A DNA stretch of 64,000 bases from Nemertoderma westbladi (taxonomy: Eukaryota; Animalia; Xenacoelomorpha), in assembly GCA_032718475.1 (NCBI GenBank), contig JAUCBJ010007417.1:1-64000 (forward strand), written 5' to 3'. The notes beneath the pieces were generated by a model. That model ran no database searches and was not told where the DNA came from. It saw nothing but the letters and a program-made list of their open reading frames with translations. A program made the position numbers and the translations under genes. Shown here in pieces: positions 63,343-64,000 of the stretch. Positions within the stretch are counted from its first letter, which is position 1. Every line of letters begins with the position of its first letter.

Positions 63343-64000
63343 TCAATCATAATAGTCTTGAAATCGAACTTTCTTAACATTATTAGCGAGTCTCTCTGAC
63401 CGACGTAGCGATGAAGGTTTCATATCACAGCTTATTGGAAAGTGGATAGAGGTTTCTTCCATCGATTCAGTTTCTTCCAATAAACGTTGTCGTAGAAATC
63501 GACGATTTCTCCAAAGTGTACGGCCTGAACGTAGTTTCACTCTGTAATCTCTATATTTCCCGACGGAAACGATTTTGCCACTTCGATCCCACAATTTCGA
63601 TTTAGGGTTTTGAATCCAAACTTCCATGTCAACCTTCAATGGTGTTAGATCGTGCGCTGTAGCATTATAATGTGATGCTACTTTATCTTCCAACTTTATT
63701 TGTTTGTCAACAAAATTGGCATGTTGTACCCACGTTTTCATAAAATTCGAATGATGTATTGGCAACCGAGTTCGAATATTATGGCCAAAGATCATCTCAT
63801 TTGGTGATGCACCCGATGATCTCGGCGTATTGCGGTATTCCATCAGTGCTTCTTGGAATTGTTCATCGTCGATATGTATGTTATCCATTTTCAGTAACAT
63901 ATTTTTAACAGTTTTAACCGTTGCCTCTGCGAGTCCATTCGCCTGCGGGTAATGTGGGCTACTTGCTTCCCATTTTGCTTCCCACCGTGTTAGAAATTTA
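63343..64000 (-). CDS. Gypsy-type pol C-terminus (integrase), 5'-truncated by the window edge
   Basis: SSPHYPQANGLAEATVKTVK (integrase E motif), ALMEYRNTP...SPNEMIFG, VWIQ...W..GKI...YRV...RNRRFLR. Confidence 0.9.
   Translation of the reverse strand, partial: KFLTRWEAKWEASSPHYPQANGLAEATVKTVKNMLLKMDNIHIDDEQFQEALMEYRNTPRSSGASPNEMIFGHNIRTRLPIHHSNFMKTWVQHANFVDKQIKLEDKVASHYNATAHDLTPLKVDMEVWIQNPKSKLWDRSGKIVSVGKYRDYRVKLRSGRTLWRNRRFLRQRLLEETESMEETSIHFPISCDMKPSSLRRSERLANNVKKVRFQDYYD

Larger units (their letters stand above)
57802..64000 (-). mobile_element. Gypsy-type LTR retrotransposon 3' end: integrase, PPT, and 3' LTR interrupted by two insertions
   Basis: Integrase ORF, then PPT aaagaaaggggag (~63174-63186), then TGTTAT at 63172; matching ATAACA end at 57802-57807. 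Confidence 0.7.

Overview
Repeat-rich eukaryotic (metazoan, probably invertebrate) genomic DNA, not prokaryotic. The one host gene is DHX9/RNA helicase A (maleless), + strand, 13179-56687. It has six coding exons, all introns GT-AG with consistent phases, and encodes 1340 aa: two dsRBDs, a DEIH helicase core, HA2/OB, and an RGG tail. The most striking feature is that introns 1-3 are swollen by satellites (43, ~60 and 51 bp units; roughly 380, 125 and 64 copies). Each unit copies that intron's own 3' splice site plus the first 20-40 nt of the next exon, including the Walker A codons in intron 2. Only the three exons that begin with GT (AG|GT junctions) show this. The rest of the window is transposon-derived: an apparently intact CR1-like LINE with a U_UUA_AAC -1 frameshift candidate at the ORF1/ORF2 junction, a decayed L2/Crack-like LINE with a 2A-like motif, an RTE-X-like LINE, the 3' end of a Gypsy element, several nested non-autonomous DNA transposons with readable TSDs, and SINE relics. 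Coordinates, copy numbers and alignments were read by eye, and family assignments come from remembered motifs, not database searches.
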